Below, piece by piece: positions 1 to 9,321 of a stretch of DNA of 39,857 nt. The DNA lies in assembly GCA_001780955.1 (NCBI GenBank), contig MFJR01000007.1:212307-252163 (forward strand), in the 5' to 3' direction. This DNA comes from Candidatus Gottesmanbacteria bacterium RIFCSPLOWO2_01_FULL_39_12b (lineage in GTDB: Bacteria; Patescibacteriota; Microgenomatia; 2-02-FULL-39-11). The stretch's first letter is position 1, and every line of letters begins with the position of its first letter. The notes under the pieces were generated by a model. It ran no database searches and was not told where the DNA came from. It was given only the letters and a program-made list of their open reading frames with translations. Position numbers and translations under genes: made by a program.

Positions 1-1128
1 ATTGCCGGTACCAATGGCAAGACGACAACCTCTTTGATGATAAAGAGAGTTTTAGAAAAAAAAGGATTTCGGGTAATTCATAATGAAAGCGGGGCCAATT
101 TACTTAACGGGTTAGTCTCGTCTTTTATTAAAAAAACGGGCTGGCGGGGTACAATAAAAGCAGATTTTGCCGTTCTAGAAGTCGACGAAAACTCTTTGCC
201 AATAATATTAGACAGTTTTACCCCTAAAGTTTTGATAATGCTAAATCTCTTCCGTGACCAATTGGATCGTTATGGTGAGGTCGATGTGATAGCGGATAAA
301 TGGCAAAAAGCGTTAAATAAAATAGCAGGCGATACGACGATTATCGTTAACGCCGATGATCCCTTAATTGCTCATTTGGGTAGATTATCAAGAGCAAAAA
401 TATTATATTTTGGACTTGAAGAACCAAAATCATTCCAGAAGAATTTAGAACATGCAACTGATTCAATTTTTTGTCTAAACTGCGGTCACAGATTAAGTTA
501 TAAAGGAATCTATTTTTCTCATTTGGGACTTTGGCACTGCCAGAAATGCGGTTCAAAACGCCCAAAAGTAAATTTGTCAACATGGGATTCTGTTCTTCCC
601 GGTTTATACAACCGTTATAATACTTTAGCTGGAGTTGCAGCTTTGAAATCTTTAGGGATCAGTGAGAAAGAAATTAAACAGGGGTTAAAGGATTTTATTC
701 CCGCCTTCGGTAGACAGGAGGAGATTGAAATTCAGGGCAAAAAGATAAAAATATTTTTAGCAAAAAATCCCACCGGATTTAACGAAACTTTAAAAACCGT
801 TATTAGTCTAGGCGGTAAACAACTTCTCATAGTACTTAACGACCAGATTCCTGACGGTCGTGATGTCAGCTGGATCTGGGATGTAGATTTTGAAATGCTT
901 CCGTCGTTTATAAACCCTGTAGTCAGTGGAGATCGAGCATATGATCTGGCAGTTAGATTAAAATATTCCAGACCCGCGCAAACACCGATTATTATTTATG
1001 AAAACCTTAGTAGAGCATTAGATTTTTGTATTCATCATGTAAATCAAAAGGACCCATTGTATATTTTAGCAACCTACTCTGCAATGTTAGAAGTCAGGAA
1101 AATTCTTAGCGGACGAAAAATACTCTAA
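1..1128 (+). CDS. murT: MurT, Mur-ligase-like subunit of lipid II isoglutaminyl synthase (5'-truncated by window)
   Basis: Frame is open from base 1 with P-loop IAGTNGKTTT. Also NESGANL, LEVDE, NLFRDQLDRYGE, Zn ribbon CLNC..CQKC, KNPTG and DGRDVSWIWD (DUF1727). Directly upstream of gatD. Confidence 0.95.
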   Translation: MAGTNGKTTTSLMIKRVLEKKGFRVIHNESGANLLNGLVSSFIKKTGWRGTIKADFAVLEVDENSLPIILDSFTPKVLIMLNLFRDQLDRYGEVDVIADKWQKALNKIAGDTTIIVNADDPLIAHLGRLSRAKILYFGLEEPKSFQKNLEHATDSIFCLNCGHRLSYKGIYFSHLGLWHCQKCGSKRPKVNLSTWDSVLPGLYNRYNTLAGVAALKSLGISEKEIKQGLKDFIPAFGRQEEIEIQGKKIKIFLAKNPTGFNETLKTVISLGGKQLLIVLNDQIPDGRDVSWIWDVDFEMLPSFINPVVSGDRAYDLAVRLKYSRPAQTPIIIYENLSRALDFCIHHVNQKDPLYILATYSAMLEVRKILSGRKIL

Positions 1129-1131
1129 ACT

Positions 1132-1929
1132 ATGAACTATGAATTAAAAATTGCCTGGTTATATCCGGATTTAATGAGTACCTACGGGGACAGGGGAAAC
1201 GTAATTATCCTGCAAAAGCGCTGTCAGTTTCGAGGGATTGAGGTGAATATAGAAAATATTACTCTCGAAACTCCTTTATCTAAATTAAAAAGTTGCAGTC
1301 TAGTCTTTATGGGCGGAGCGCAGGATCGGCAGCAGAAAATTGTCAGTCTGGATTTTCTTAAAAAGAAATCCTATGCCGTTTCTGAAATGATTAATATTGG
1401 AATCCCAGCCTTATTTGTCTGCGCTGCCTATCAATTTGCAGGTCATTATTACCGTCCCTATCAAGGTGATGATATTCCGGGAGCAGGTATATTTGACTTA
1501 ATAACCGAGCATCAAGGTAATCAAGCGAAAAGATTAACCGGAAATGTTGCTGCAGAATTAGTCAACCCTTCCGGGCTTAACGGGAAAACAATTGTCGGTT
1601 TTGAAAATCACGGCGGTAGAACAAAATTGGGAGCAAAGACTAAGCCTTTGGCTAAAGTGCTTAAGGGATATGGAAATAACGGAAGTGACGGTTATGAAGG
1701 CGCAGTTTATAAAAACGCCATTGGAAGTTATTTCCATGGCCCAATCTTGCCGAAAAATCCTCATCTGGCGGATTGGTTAATCGCTAAAGCTTTAGAGGTA
1801 AAATACAAAGAAAAAGCATATTTAAAGCCTCTTGACGACGCTCTGGAAAATCAAGCCCATAATTTCATGCTGAAAAAACTGGTGCATAGGTCAGTTTGGG
1901 GAATTGACAGAAAAAGTATGTTAGGATAG
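1132..1929 (+). CDS. gatD: GatD, CobQ-like class I glutamine amidotransferase
   Basis: LYPDLMSTYGDRGN, GGAQD, nucleophile in VCAAYQ, GFENHGG, YFHGPILPKNP; adjacent to murT. Confidence 0.95.
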   Translation: MNYELKIAWLYPDLMSTYGDRGNVIILQKRCQFRGIEVNIENITLETPLSKLKSCSLVFMGGAQDRQQKIVSLDFLKKKSYAVSEMINIGIPALFVCAAYQFAGHYYRPYQGDDIPGAGIFDLITEHQGNQAKRLTGNVAAELVNPSGLNGKTIVGFENHGGRTKLGAKTKPLAKVLKGYGNNGSDGYEGAVYKNAIGSYFHGPILPKNPHLADWLIAKALEVKYKEKAYLKPLDDALENQAHNFMLKKLVHRSVWGIDRKSMLG

Positions 1930-1932
1930 GAT
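1904..1932 (+). promoter_or_regulatory. Putative sigma70 promoter of glnA
   Basis: TTGACA (1904-1909), 17 bp spacer, TAGGAT (1927-1932). SD GGAGG at 1942-1946 precedes ATG 1953. Confidence 0.7.
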
Positions 1933-1952
1933 GCGAGTTACGGAGGATAGGT

Positions 1953-3299
1953 ATGCCTAAAGATGCAATAAAAGAAACTCTTGCCAGGGTTAAAAAAGAT
2001 AAGGTCAGTTTTGTTGATTTACAGTTCAGCGATTTTTTAGGAACGATCAAAAACTCCACCATTCCTTCTTATAATTTACCGGAGGCTTTAGAAAGAGGTA
2101 TTTGGATTGACGGTTCTTCTATAGAAGGGTTTGCCAGAATTCACGAGTCTGATATGTTTTTGATGCCGGATCCATCCTCTTATGCCCTGTTACCCTGGAG
2201 AAATCACGAAACTGGGGGAAGAGTAGTCCGGTTAATTTGTGATGTCTATAAGCCCAATCATGAGCCGTTTGAAGGAGATCCCAGAAATATTCTTAAGCGC
2301 GTTTTAGAAAAAGCTAAGAAGATGAGTTATGAATTTTACGCAGGACCGGAATGTGAGTTTTTTCTTTTCAAAAAAGATGAAAACGGGAAAATTACTAACC
2401 AGTCACAGGGTAACGGTTTTTACTTTAATCTGATAATGGATGAAAGTTACGGAATAAAAAGAGAAATAATGGAAGCCTTAGAAGCCATGGGAATTGTTAC
2501 CGAGACCAGTACTTACGAAGTTGCCGATAATCAGCATGAGATAGATATCCGTTATGATAAGGCCTTAAAAACGGCAGATAATACGCTGACCCTAAAAATG
2601 GCGGCTAAATTCATCGCTCATAAGCATGGATACTATGCGACATTTATGCCCAAACCGTTTTACGGAATAAACGGCAGCGGCATGCATACGCATCAGAGTC
2701 TTTGGAAAAACGGAAAAAACGCTTTTTATGACAAAGGAGACAAATATGGCCTATCTAAAATTGCTTATCAGTTTCTGGCGGGGCAATTGACTTATGCCCG
2801 TGAAATAGCCGGTGTATTTGCTCCTACTGTTAATTCATATAAAAGACTGACTCCCGGATTTGAAGCGCCAGCCTATGTCTGCTGGGCCAGAATCAATAGA
2901 TCAGCTTTAATCAGGATACCTCAAATTTCCAAAGGATACGAGGATAGAGCAACCAGAATTGAGATACGCTGTCCGGATCCGTCAGGTAATCCCTATTTAA
3001 CTTTAGCCGTATTACTTGAGAGCGGGCTTGAAGGAATTAAAAAGGGTTTGAAAGCGCCCAGTCCCGTGGAAGAAAACCTGTTTGAGTTTGACGATGCCAA
3101 GCTCTCAAAGTATTACATCACCAAATTGCCCGCAAGCCTTAGGGAAGCAATGATTGAAATCGAAAAGGGGAAAATAGTACGGGAAGTATTCGGCGAATAT
3201 ACTTGGGGCAGATATCTCGAAGCCAAAAAAGAAGAATGGGATGATTTCCGGACACACGTAACCGATTGGGAGGTTGCGCGTTATCTGCCGACTCTGTAA
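1953..3299 (+). CDS. glnA: Glutamine synthetase type I (alpha-like; ENLFE lacks the adenylylated Tyr)
   Basis: DGSSIEGF, GPECEFF, ATFMPKP, NGSGMHTHQS, NSYKRL, NRSALIRIP, RIEIRCPDP. Confidence 0.97.
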   Translation: MPKDAIKETLARVKKDKVSFVDLQFSDFLGTIKNSTIPSYNLPEALERGIWIDGSSIEGFARIHESDMFLMPDPSSYALLPWRNHETGGRVVRLICDVYKPNHEPFEGDPRNILKRVLEKAKKMSYEFYAGPECEFFLFKKDENGKITNQSQGNGFYFNLIMDESYGIKREIMEALEAMGIVTETSTYEVADNQHEIDIRYDKALKTADNTLTLKMAAKFIAHKHGYYATFMPKPFYGINGSGMHTHQSLWKNGKNAFYDKGDKYGLSKIAYQFLAGQLTYAREIAGVFAPTVNSYKRLTPGFEAPAYVCWARINRSALIRIPQISKGYEDRATRIEIRCPDPSGNPYLTLAVLLESGLEGIKKGLKAPSPVEENLFEFDDAKLSKYYITKLPASLREAMIEIEKGKIVREVFGEYTWGRYLEAKKEEWDDFRTHVTDWEVARYLPTL

Positions 3300-3308
3300 A
3301 ATTGGGAT

Positions 3309-3608
3309 ATGAGCTCGGCAAAAATAATTTCTCTTGATCAGGTTAAACACATAGCCAATCTAGCCAGACTTCCGATAAAAGAGGAAGATTTAACTAAATT
3401 CCAAAAAGAACTTACCGCAATTCTTGACCTATTCAGTAAGATTAATGAAATAGATACAAAAGGAATAGTTCCCACCAGTCAAGTAACGGGACTTGAGAAT
3501 GTTATAAGAAGTGATGAAGTAAAAACCTCTTTATCTCAAAAAACGGTTTTATCCAATGCCCCGAAAACAAACAACGGTTATTTCGTAGTTGAATCTGTTT
3601 TTGATTGA
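3309..3608 (+). CDS. gatC: Asp/Glu-tRNA amidotransferase subunit C
   Basis: VKHIANLARL, RSDE, LSNAP..GYF; 99 aa; upstream of gatA. Confidence 0.93.
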   Translation: MSSAKIISLDQVKHIANLARLPIKEEDLTKFQKELTAILDLFSKINEIDTKGIVPTSQVTGLENVIRSDEVKTSLSQKTVLSNAPKTNNGYFVVESVFD

Positions 3609-3610
3609 TT

Positions 3611-5020
3611 ATGTTACTTGATAAAAGTATTAAAGAATTATCCGAAGGGTTAAAAAAGAGAGATTTTTCATCGGAAGAAATCGTACTTGAATGTTTCGAA
3701 AATATAGAGAAACATAATAAAGAGATCAATGCGTTTATTACCGTTATCGAAAAAAAAGAGGCGATAAAACAGGCAAAAGACAAGGACAAGAAGCTTTCTG
3801 ACGATATAAATCCTTTGTACGGATTGCCTTTCGTTTTAAAGGATTCTTATCTAACATCAGGAATTTTGACTACCTCCGCTTCAAAGGTACTCGGTAATCA
3901 TATTGGTCAATATAACGCTACTGTATATCAAAAACTGTTGGACGCGGGGGGTATTTTGATAGGCAAGATGAATATGGATGCCTGGGGGCACGGAGGAAGC
4001 AGTGAAAATACCGACTTTGATCCAGTTAAAAATCCCTGGAATACTAACAGGGTTGCAGGAGGATCAAGCGGGGGACCGGCGGCAGCTATTGCCTGCCGCA
4101 TGGCCGTTTTTGCCATCGGTGAGGATACGGGTGGCTCTATCCGCAATCCCTCAGCCTGGTGCAATATAGCCGGATTAAAAGTTACCTACGGAAGGGTAAG
4201 CAGATATGGATGTATTGCTTATGCTTCTTCTTTTGACACCGTAGGACCGATGGCAAAAACGGTCGAAGATTGCGCTTATGTATTAAAGACTATAGCAGGT
4301 CACGATGTTTTAGACGCCACGTCTTCTTCCCGGCCGGTCCCTGATTATGTTAAGGAAGCCAACAAAAATTTGCCATTAACAGTTATTGGTTTACCAAAAG
4401 AATTTTTTAGAGAAGGATTGGACGAAGAAATTAAAAAAAGTATCGGTGAGGCGGTAAAAGTTTTTCAAAGTTTAGGTTTAAAAATCAAAGAAATTTCCAT
4501 GCCCATGCTCGAAATGAGTATTCCGGTGTATTACTTGATCGGACCTTCTGAAACCAGTTCTAATCTGGCTCGTTATGACGGTGTAAGGTATGGGAATACA
4601 AGAGATAATTTTACACGCGAAACGATGAGAAGAATTATGCTGGGAACTTATGCTTTATCGGCAGGTTATTACGATGCTTATTATAAGAAAGCCCAAGCCG
4701 TGAGAACGCTTTTAATCAAGGAGTATGAAAAAGCATTGAATGAATGTGATGTTTTACTGATGCCGGTGAATCCAACCCCGCCTCCTAAAATAGGAGAATT
4801 GATTAGTGATCCGGTGAAAAATCTTCTGGCCGATATTTTTACAACGAGCCAAAATCCGGTCGGTGTGCCATCTCTTGCGTTACCTTGCGGTTTTACAAAT
4901 TCAGGACTACCCATCGGGATGCAGATAGTCGGAAAAATGTATTCAGAAGCGCTTCTATTGCAGTTAGGTCATCATTTTCAAAAAAAAATTGATTGGCACA
5001 CGAGAAAACCTAACTTATGA
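3611..5020 (+). CDS. gatA: Asp/Glu-tRNA amidotransferase subunit A
   Basis: Amidase signature GGSSGG, DTGGSIR, SSNLARYDG, RRIMLGTYALSAGYYDAYY. ATG 3611 preferred to TTG 3605. Confidence 0.96.
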   Translation: MLLDKSIKELSEGLKKRDFSSEEIVLECFENIEKHNKEINAFITVIEKKEAIKQAKDKDKKLSDDINPLYGLPFVLKDSYLTSGILTTSASKVLGNHIGQYNATVYQKLLDAGGILIGKMNMDAWGHGGSSENTDFDPVKNPWNTNRVAGGSSGGPAAAIACRMAVFAIGEDTGGSIRNPSAWCNIAGLKVTYGRVSRYGCIAYASSFDTVGPMAKTVEDCAYVLKTIAGHDVLDATSSSRPVPDYVKEANKNLPLTVIGLPKEFFREGLDEEIKKSIGEAVKVFQSLGLKIKEISMPMLEMSIPVYYLIGPSETSSNLARYDGVRYGNTRDNFTRETMRRIMLGTYALSAGYYDAYYKKAQAVRTLLIKEYEKALNECDVLLMPVNPTPPPKIGELISDPVKNLLADIFTTSQNPVGVPSLALPCGFTNSGLPIGMQIVGKMYSEALLLQLGHHFQKKIDWHTRKPNL

Positions 5021-6321
5021 GTGATAACAATAAATTTTATCTCAAAGATTCAAATAAATATATTGGGAAAGAAGTAACGGTTAAGGGTTGGGTTTTTAAC
5101 ATAAGATCCAGCGGGTCAATAGTATTTTTACATTTGAGAGACGGGAGTGGATTTATTCAGGCAACGGTTATTAAGGGTGAGTTAACGGTTAAGGATTTTA
5201 CTGAAGTTCAGAAGATAACGCTGGAAACCGCTGTCGAAGTAAAAGGATTATTGAGGGAAGAAAAAAGAGCTCCGGGTGGATATGAAATTACAGTTAAGAA
5301 GGTTCAAATCATATCTTTGGCACAAGAAGAATATCCGATTGGTAAAAAGGAACACGGGCCTGATTTCCTGCTTACTCACAGGCACTTGTGGTTAAGAAGC
5401 CGTAGACAGTGGGCGATTTTACAGATTAGGAATGAAGTAATCAAATCCATAAATGAATTTTTACTGAAGGATAATTTTATCAGGATTGATAGTCCTATGA
5501 TTACTCCGTCAGCTTGTGAAGGAACGACGACTCTTTTTGAAATTGATTATTTCGGAGAAAAGGCGTTTTTATCACAATCAGGACAATTGTATTTGGAAGC
5601 GGCAATTTACTCAGTGGGCCGGTGTTATGACTTTAACCCTGTACTTAGGGCAGAAAAATCCAAAACAAGAAGACACTTAATCGAATTCTGGATGATGGAT
5701 GCCGAGGCGGCTTTTGTTGATTTTGGGGAAATATTGGAAATTCAGGAAGAACTTATATTATATATTTTGAATCATGTGATAAATAACTGCAGAAATAAGC
5801 TTAAATTGCTTGAGCGTAATTCTGAGATACTCACTATGATAAAATCGCCATTTCCAAGAATTACTTATAAAGAAGCGATTAAACAACTGCAAAAATTGGG
5901 TTCTGATATAAAATACGGAACGGATTTAGGCAACGACGATGAGACATGTCTTATGAATCACTATAAACAGCCTATATTTGTTACTCACTTCCCCGCAGAG
6001 ATCAAAGCTTTTTACTGTAAAAAAGATGAAGTAGACAACAGTCTTGCACTTTCCGCTGATCTTTTAGCTCCGGAAGGATACGGAGAGATCACTGGAGGCG
6101 GACAGCGGGAAGAGGATTACCAGTTATTGCTTAAGAACATTAAGAAACATAAGTACGACATTGCCGACTACGAATGGTATCTGGATCTTAGAAAATACGG
6201 CAGCGTTCCGCATAGCGGTTTTGGTCTGGGTCTTGAAAGACTGGTTGCCTGGATTTGTAAGTTAGATCACGTCAGAGAAACGATTCCGTTTCCGAGGATG
6301 TTGGAAAGGTTTAGACCGTGA
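5017..6321 (+). CDS. asnS: Asparagine--tRNA ligase
   Basis: OB-fold (LRDGSG), SQSGQLYLEA, RAEKSKTRRHLIEFWM, WYLDLRKYGSVPHSGFGLGLER. These are AsnRS-type motifs, not the QSPQLYKQ of AspRS. Confidence 0.93.
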   Translation: MSDNNKFYLKDSNKYIGKEVTVKGWVFNIRSSGSIVFLHLRDGSGFIQATVIKGELTVKDFTEVQKITLETAVEVKGLLREEKRAPGGYEITVKKVQIISLAQEEYPIGKKEHGPDFLLTHRHLWLRSRRQWAILQIRNEVIKSINEFLLKDNFIRIDSPMITPSACEGTTTLFEIDYFGEKAFLSQSGQLYLEAAIYSVGRCYDFNPVLRAEKSKTRRHLIEFWMMDAEAAFVDFGEILEIQEELILYILNHVINNCRNKLKLLERNSEILTMIKSPFPRITYKEAIKQLQKLGSDIKYGTDLGNDDETCLMNHYKQPIFVTHFPAEIKAFYCKKDEVDNSLALSADLLAPEGYGEITGGGQREEDYQLLLKNIKKHKYDIADYEWYLDLRKYGSVPHSGFGLGLERLVAWICKLDHVRETIPFPRMLERFRP

Positions 6322-7772
6322 TAGAAGCGAATAATTTTGAAGTAATTATAGGACTTGAAATCCATGTAGAGTTAAAGACCAAGTCCAAGATGTTTTGTGG
6401 TTGCGATGCTAATTGGTTCGGTAAAGAGCCGAACACTCTTTGTTGCCCCGTTTGTCTGGGACTTCCGGGAGCTTTGCCGGTTCCAAATAAAAAAGCGGTT
6501 GAGTGGTGTGTCATGCTGGGATTGGCATTAGACTGTGTGATACCCGAGTTTAGTAAGTTTGACAGGAAGAATTATTTTTATCCCGATCTGCCGAAGGGAT
6601 ACCAGATAAGCCAGTATGATAAACCGTTTGCGATTAATGGTCACCTTGTCATTCCGAGTGAACGAAGTGAATCGAGGAATCTAGCGACCAAAGGGAGCGC
6701 TTCGCTAGATTTCTCCCGACGATTAGATCGGGGTCGAAATGACAACCTGAGGAAAATATGTATAAGGAGAGTGCATATGGAAGAAGATACAGGAAAATTA
6801 ATTCATGCAATTGTTAATGGAGAGAAATGCACTCTTATTGATTTCAATAGAAGCGGGGTGCCACTTGTAGAGATCGTGACGGAACCGGATATCAGAAGCA
6901 GTGAGGAAGCTAGAAGTTTTTTGAAGAAACTGCATCAGATTGTCCGATATTTGGGCATTTCGGACGCGGATATGGAAAAAGGGAGCATGAGGTTGGAACC
7001 GAATATCTCCGTTCGAAAACTGCAAAGCGGCAAAGACACACCCTTGGAATTACCTTCTTACAAAGTGGAAGTGAAGAATATTAATTCCTTCTCTTTTGCC
7101 AAAAAAGCGATTGATTACGAGATAGAGAGACATATTAATTTGTTAACAAAAGGAGAAATTCCTAAACAGGAAACGAGAGGTTGGGACGAGAAAAAAGGAA
7201 TTACTTATTCCCAGAGGAGTAAGGAAGAAGCCCATGACTATCGCTATTTTCCCGAGCCGGATATCCCGCCCATAAGATGGGCGACAAATTTCATCCGCCA
7301 GCTGGCGGATCAAATACCGGAATTACCGGATAAAAAATTAGAAAGATTTATGAAAGAGTTCGGGTTGAGTGAGTATGACGTGACGATATTGACGGATGAT
7401 AAAGATATAGCTGATTATTACGAAAGAGCAGTTTCGGTATCAAGAGGGGTCAGACCTTCAAGTAATTCAAGGTCTGACCCCAATGCAAAGGTTATTGCGA
7501 ACTGGATAATTAATAAAAAAGCAGATATAAATAAGACATCACCAGAAGAGTTGGTAAAGTTGATAACACAACAGAATCAGAAAGTGAATATTACTGAAGA
7601 GGAATTAGTGAAAGTAATAAAAAAGATAATTGAAGCAAATCCAAAGGCTGTGGCCGATTATAAATCAGGCAAGGAACAAGCTCTAATGTTTTTAGTGGGA
7701 CAGGTGATGAGGGAAACAAAAGGGAAGGTAGGAGCTGAGTTTGTCAAAAAAGTTATATTAAAACTATTGTAA
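6318..7772 (+). CDS. gatB: Asp/Glu-tRNA amidotransferase subunit B, carrying three palindromic elements
   Basis: IGLEIHVEL, FDRKNYFYPDLPKGYQISQ, HMEEDTGK, EVKNINSF, DYRYFPEPD, C-terminal YqeY-like domain. GTG start overlaps the asnS stop (GTGA). Confidence 0.96.
   Translation: MIEANNFEVIIGLEIHVELKTKSKMFCGCDANWFGKEPNTLCCPVCLGLPGALPVPNKKAVEWCVMLGLALDCVIPEFSKFDRKNYFYPDLPKGYQISQYDKPFAINGHLVIPSERSESRNLATKGSASLDFSRRLDRGRNDNLRKICIRRVHMEEDTGKLIHAIVNGEKCTLIDFNRSGVPLVEIVTEPDIRSSEEARSFLKKLHQIVRYLGISDADMEKGSMRLEPNISVRKLQSGKDTPLELPSYKVEVKNINSFSFAKKAIDYEIERHINLLTKGEIPKQETRGWDEKKGITYSQRSKEEAHDYRYFPEPDIPPIRWATNFIRQLADQIPELPDKKLERFMKEFGLSEYDVTILTDDKDIADYYERAVSVSRGVRPSSNSRSDPNAKVIANWIINKKADINKTSPEELVKLITQQNQKVNITEEELVKVIKKIIEANPKAVADYKSGKEQALMFLVGQVMRETKGKVGAEFVKKVILKLL
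6646..6745. repeat. ~100-bp nested palindromic (MITE/RPE-like) element in frame within gatB
   Basis: Outer IR TTGTCATTCCGA/TCGAAATGACAA (11/12). Inner IR GAGGAATCTAGCGA (6674-6687)/TCGCTAGATTTCTC (6702-6715) (13/14). Side hairpin CCCGA..TCGGG. Confidence 0.88.
7293..7310. repeat. Perfect 18-bp palindrome ATCCGCCAGCTGGCGGAT in gatB
   Basis: Self-reverse-complementary; encodes IRQLAD; same TCCGCC-N-GGCGGA pattern as the purL element. Confidence 0.8.
7446..7481. repeat. 36-bp REP-like hairpin, copy 1 (in gatB)
   Basis: GGGGTCAGACCTT-N10-AAGGTCTGACCCC, 13-bp perfect stem; 33/36 identical to 19669-19704. Confidence 0.92.
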
Positions 7773-7802
7773 ATCCAGAGCGTTAGAATAATCCCTAATT
7801 TC

Positions 7803-9269
7803 CTACGGGTTGTTAGAAGGGCTTTCTGACGCAATACATACTTGATTTCTCCCATCTTTTTTTGCCTTGTATAGTGCATCGTCAGCTTTTATTAATAAAA
7901 CCTGTTCAGATTCAACTCTCACGGTAGGAAAACTAGCTATACCTATACTTAAGGTACTACCGGGATTATCGTCGGTGTCATTATTTTTAGGGAGGCGTTC
8001 TCTCATAGCTTGAAGAATTTTTTGTGCCAGAGTCGTTGCACCAGCTGTATCAGTATCAGGAAGAATAATGGCAAACTCTTCTCCTCCATAACGGGCTACA
8101 AGATCAGTTTGTCTTACATTGTCACATAATATCCTTGCAACTTGTTCTAATCTTTCATCTCCTGCCGGATGTCCAAAGGTGTCATTGAATCTTTTAAAAA
8201 AGTCCAAATCCGCCATTATTAATGAAATAGGACGATTAGATCTTCTTGCTTGATTAAATTGATCAGCAAGTCTTTCGAAAAATACTCTTCTATTAAACAA
8301 CCCAGTTAGATGATCTGTTGTAGCCAGGCGGTTAAGATCGTTAATAAGGGCAGACATATTGATTGCCTGGCTCAGTTGCTCGCCAAACGCAAAGACATTT
8401 TCACCATCTCCCTCGTTGAAAAAACCTTCATGTGAGCTGTTTGCGCTTAAGATACCAATGGTTTTTCCTTTTACAATGATTGGAATGCCTACGTATGATT
8501 TAATTGGTAGTTCCCCGTCTCTGGTTGTATCTTTCCACCCTTTGTGTTGTGAAGTGTCGGGGATGACTAACATTTTACCTGTTTTTGCAATTTGATTAAG
8601 AGGTTCAGCATCCTCGATTTTTTCTATTGATGGTTCACGTTCAATTACTTGACCATTCCCATCGTATCCCCAACTCATATTAAATATCCGATTCTTGTCT
8701 ATAAACATTATATTGGCTGTTTCAACGTCAATAATATTCGGTAACAATCGTTTCGTTTGATCAAGAATTATATCCAGTGAATGATCTCTAGTTAGAATTT
8801 CTGAAGTTTTCCGAAGTGCTTCGTCTCGTTTTTCTTTGGTGACATCTTGAATACCCAATTCAACGACAGTGGGTTTTCCTCGCTTTATAATAAGATGGGG
8901 AAATAATCTGACTGTTTTTTTCCTACCTGATTTGGTTATTATTTTTACTTCTGGAGGATTAACTACAGATAAGGGTTTATGATGAGAGAAAGCCCGTGCG
9001 GCAGAAATTGTGGTTTCAAATATTTTGTGAAGATATCCTTTTCTGTCTTTAATCGTTCTATCATTGAGTATTTCGTCTACATCTCTACCTACAAGGGTTT
9101 CGTTTCCAGTTAAACCATATTCAACTAAAGCAGCAGGATTAGCTCTTGTAATCTTACGATCTCTTGGATTTACCATTATATGCGGTATAGGATCTCTTAC
9201 TCTATAACGATTTTCTGCAAATTTTACTGGTGGTTCAGAAGTTAAAGAAGGAACTGTTTCACTCATCAT
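7803..9269 (-). CDS. PAS-GAF-GGDEF diguanylate cyclase
   Basis: PAS-like ANPAA..YG; GAF (KSYVGIPI..IGIL); TDHLTGLFNRR, DLDFFKRFNDTFGHPAGD, RQTD I-site, RYGGEEF. Start ATG 9269 or 9266 (ORF track uses TTG 9278). Confidence 0.9.
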   Translation of the reverse strand: MMSETVPSLTSEPPVKFAENRYRVRDPIPHIMVNPRDRKITRANPAALVEYGLTGNETLVGRDVDEILNDRTIKDRKGYLHKIFETTISAARAFSHHKPLSVVNPPEVKIITKSGRKKTVRLFPHLIIKRGKPTVVELGIQDVTKEKRDEALRKTSEILTRDHSLDIILDQTKRLLPNIIDVETANIMFIDKNRIFNMSWGYDGNGQVIEREPSIEKIEDAEPLNQIAKTGKMLVIPDTSQHKGWKDTTRDGELPIKSYVGIPIIVKGKTIGILSANSSHEGFFNEGDGENVFAFGEQLSQAINMSALINDLNRLATTDHLTGLFNRRVFFERLADQFNQARRSNRPISLIMADLDFFKRFNDTFGHPAGDERLEQVARILCDNVRQTDLVARYGGEEFAIILPDTDTAGATTLAQKILQAMRERLPKNNDTDDNPGSTLSIGIASFPTVRVESEQVLLIKADDALYKAKKDGRNQVCIASESPSNNP

Positions 9270-9321
9270 AAGTTTCAAAAGTAACAGGATTATTATATAC
9301 TAAATCAACTGAAAGTTTGAT

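Noticed and set aside
1757-1773. ATCCTCATCTGGCGGAT in gatD resembles the gatB 18-bp palindrome
   Set aside because: It encodes the conserved NPHLAD motif and the left arm is broken, so protein constraint explains it.
1891-1935. Possible GlnR/TnrA box before glnA
   Set aside because: Only half-sites (TGACA, ATGTTAG) are present, without the TGTNA-N7-TNACA spacing.
5017-6321. Non-discriminating AspRS, suggested by its place in gatCAB
   Set aside because: The motifs are AsnRS-type (SGQLYLEA, EFWM, YGSVPH).
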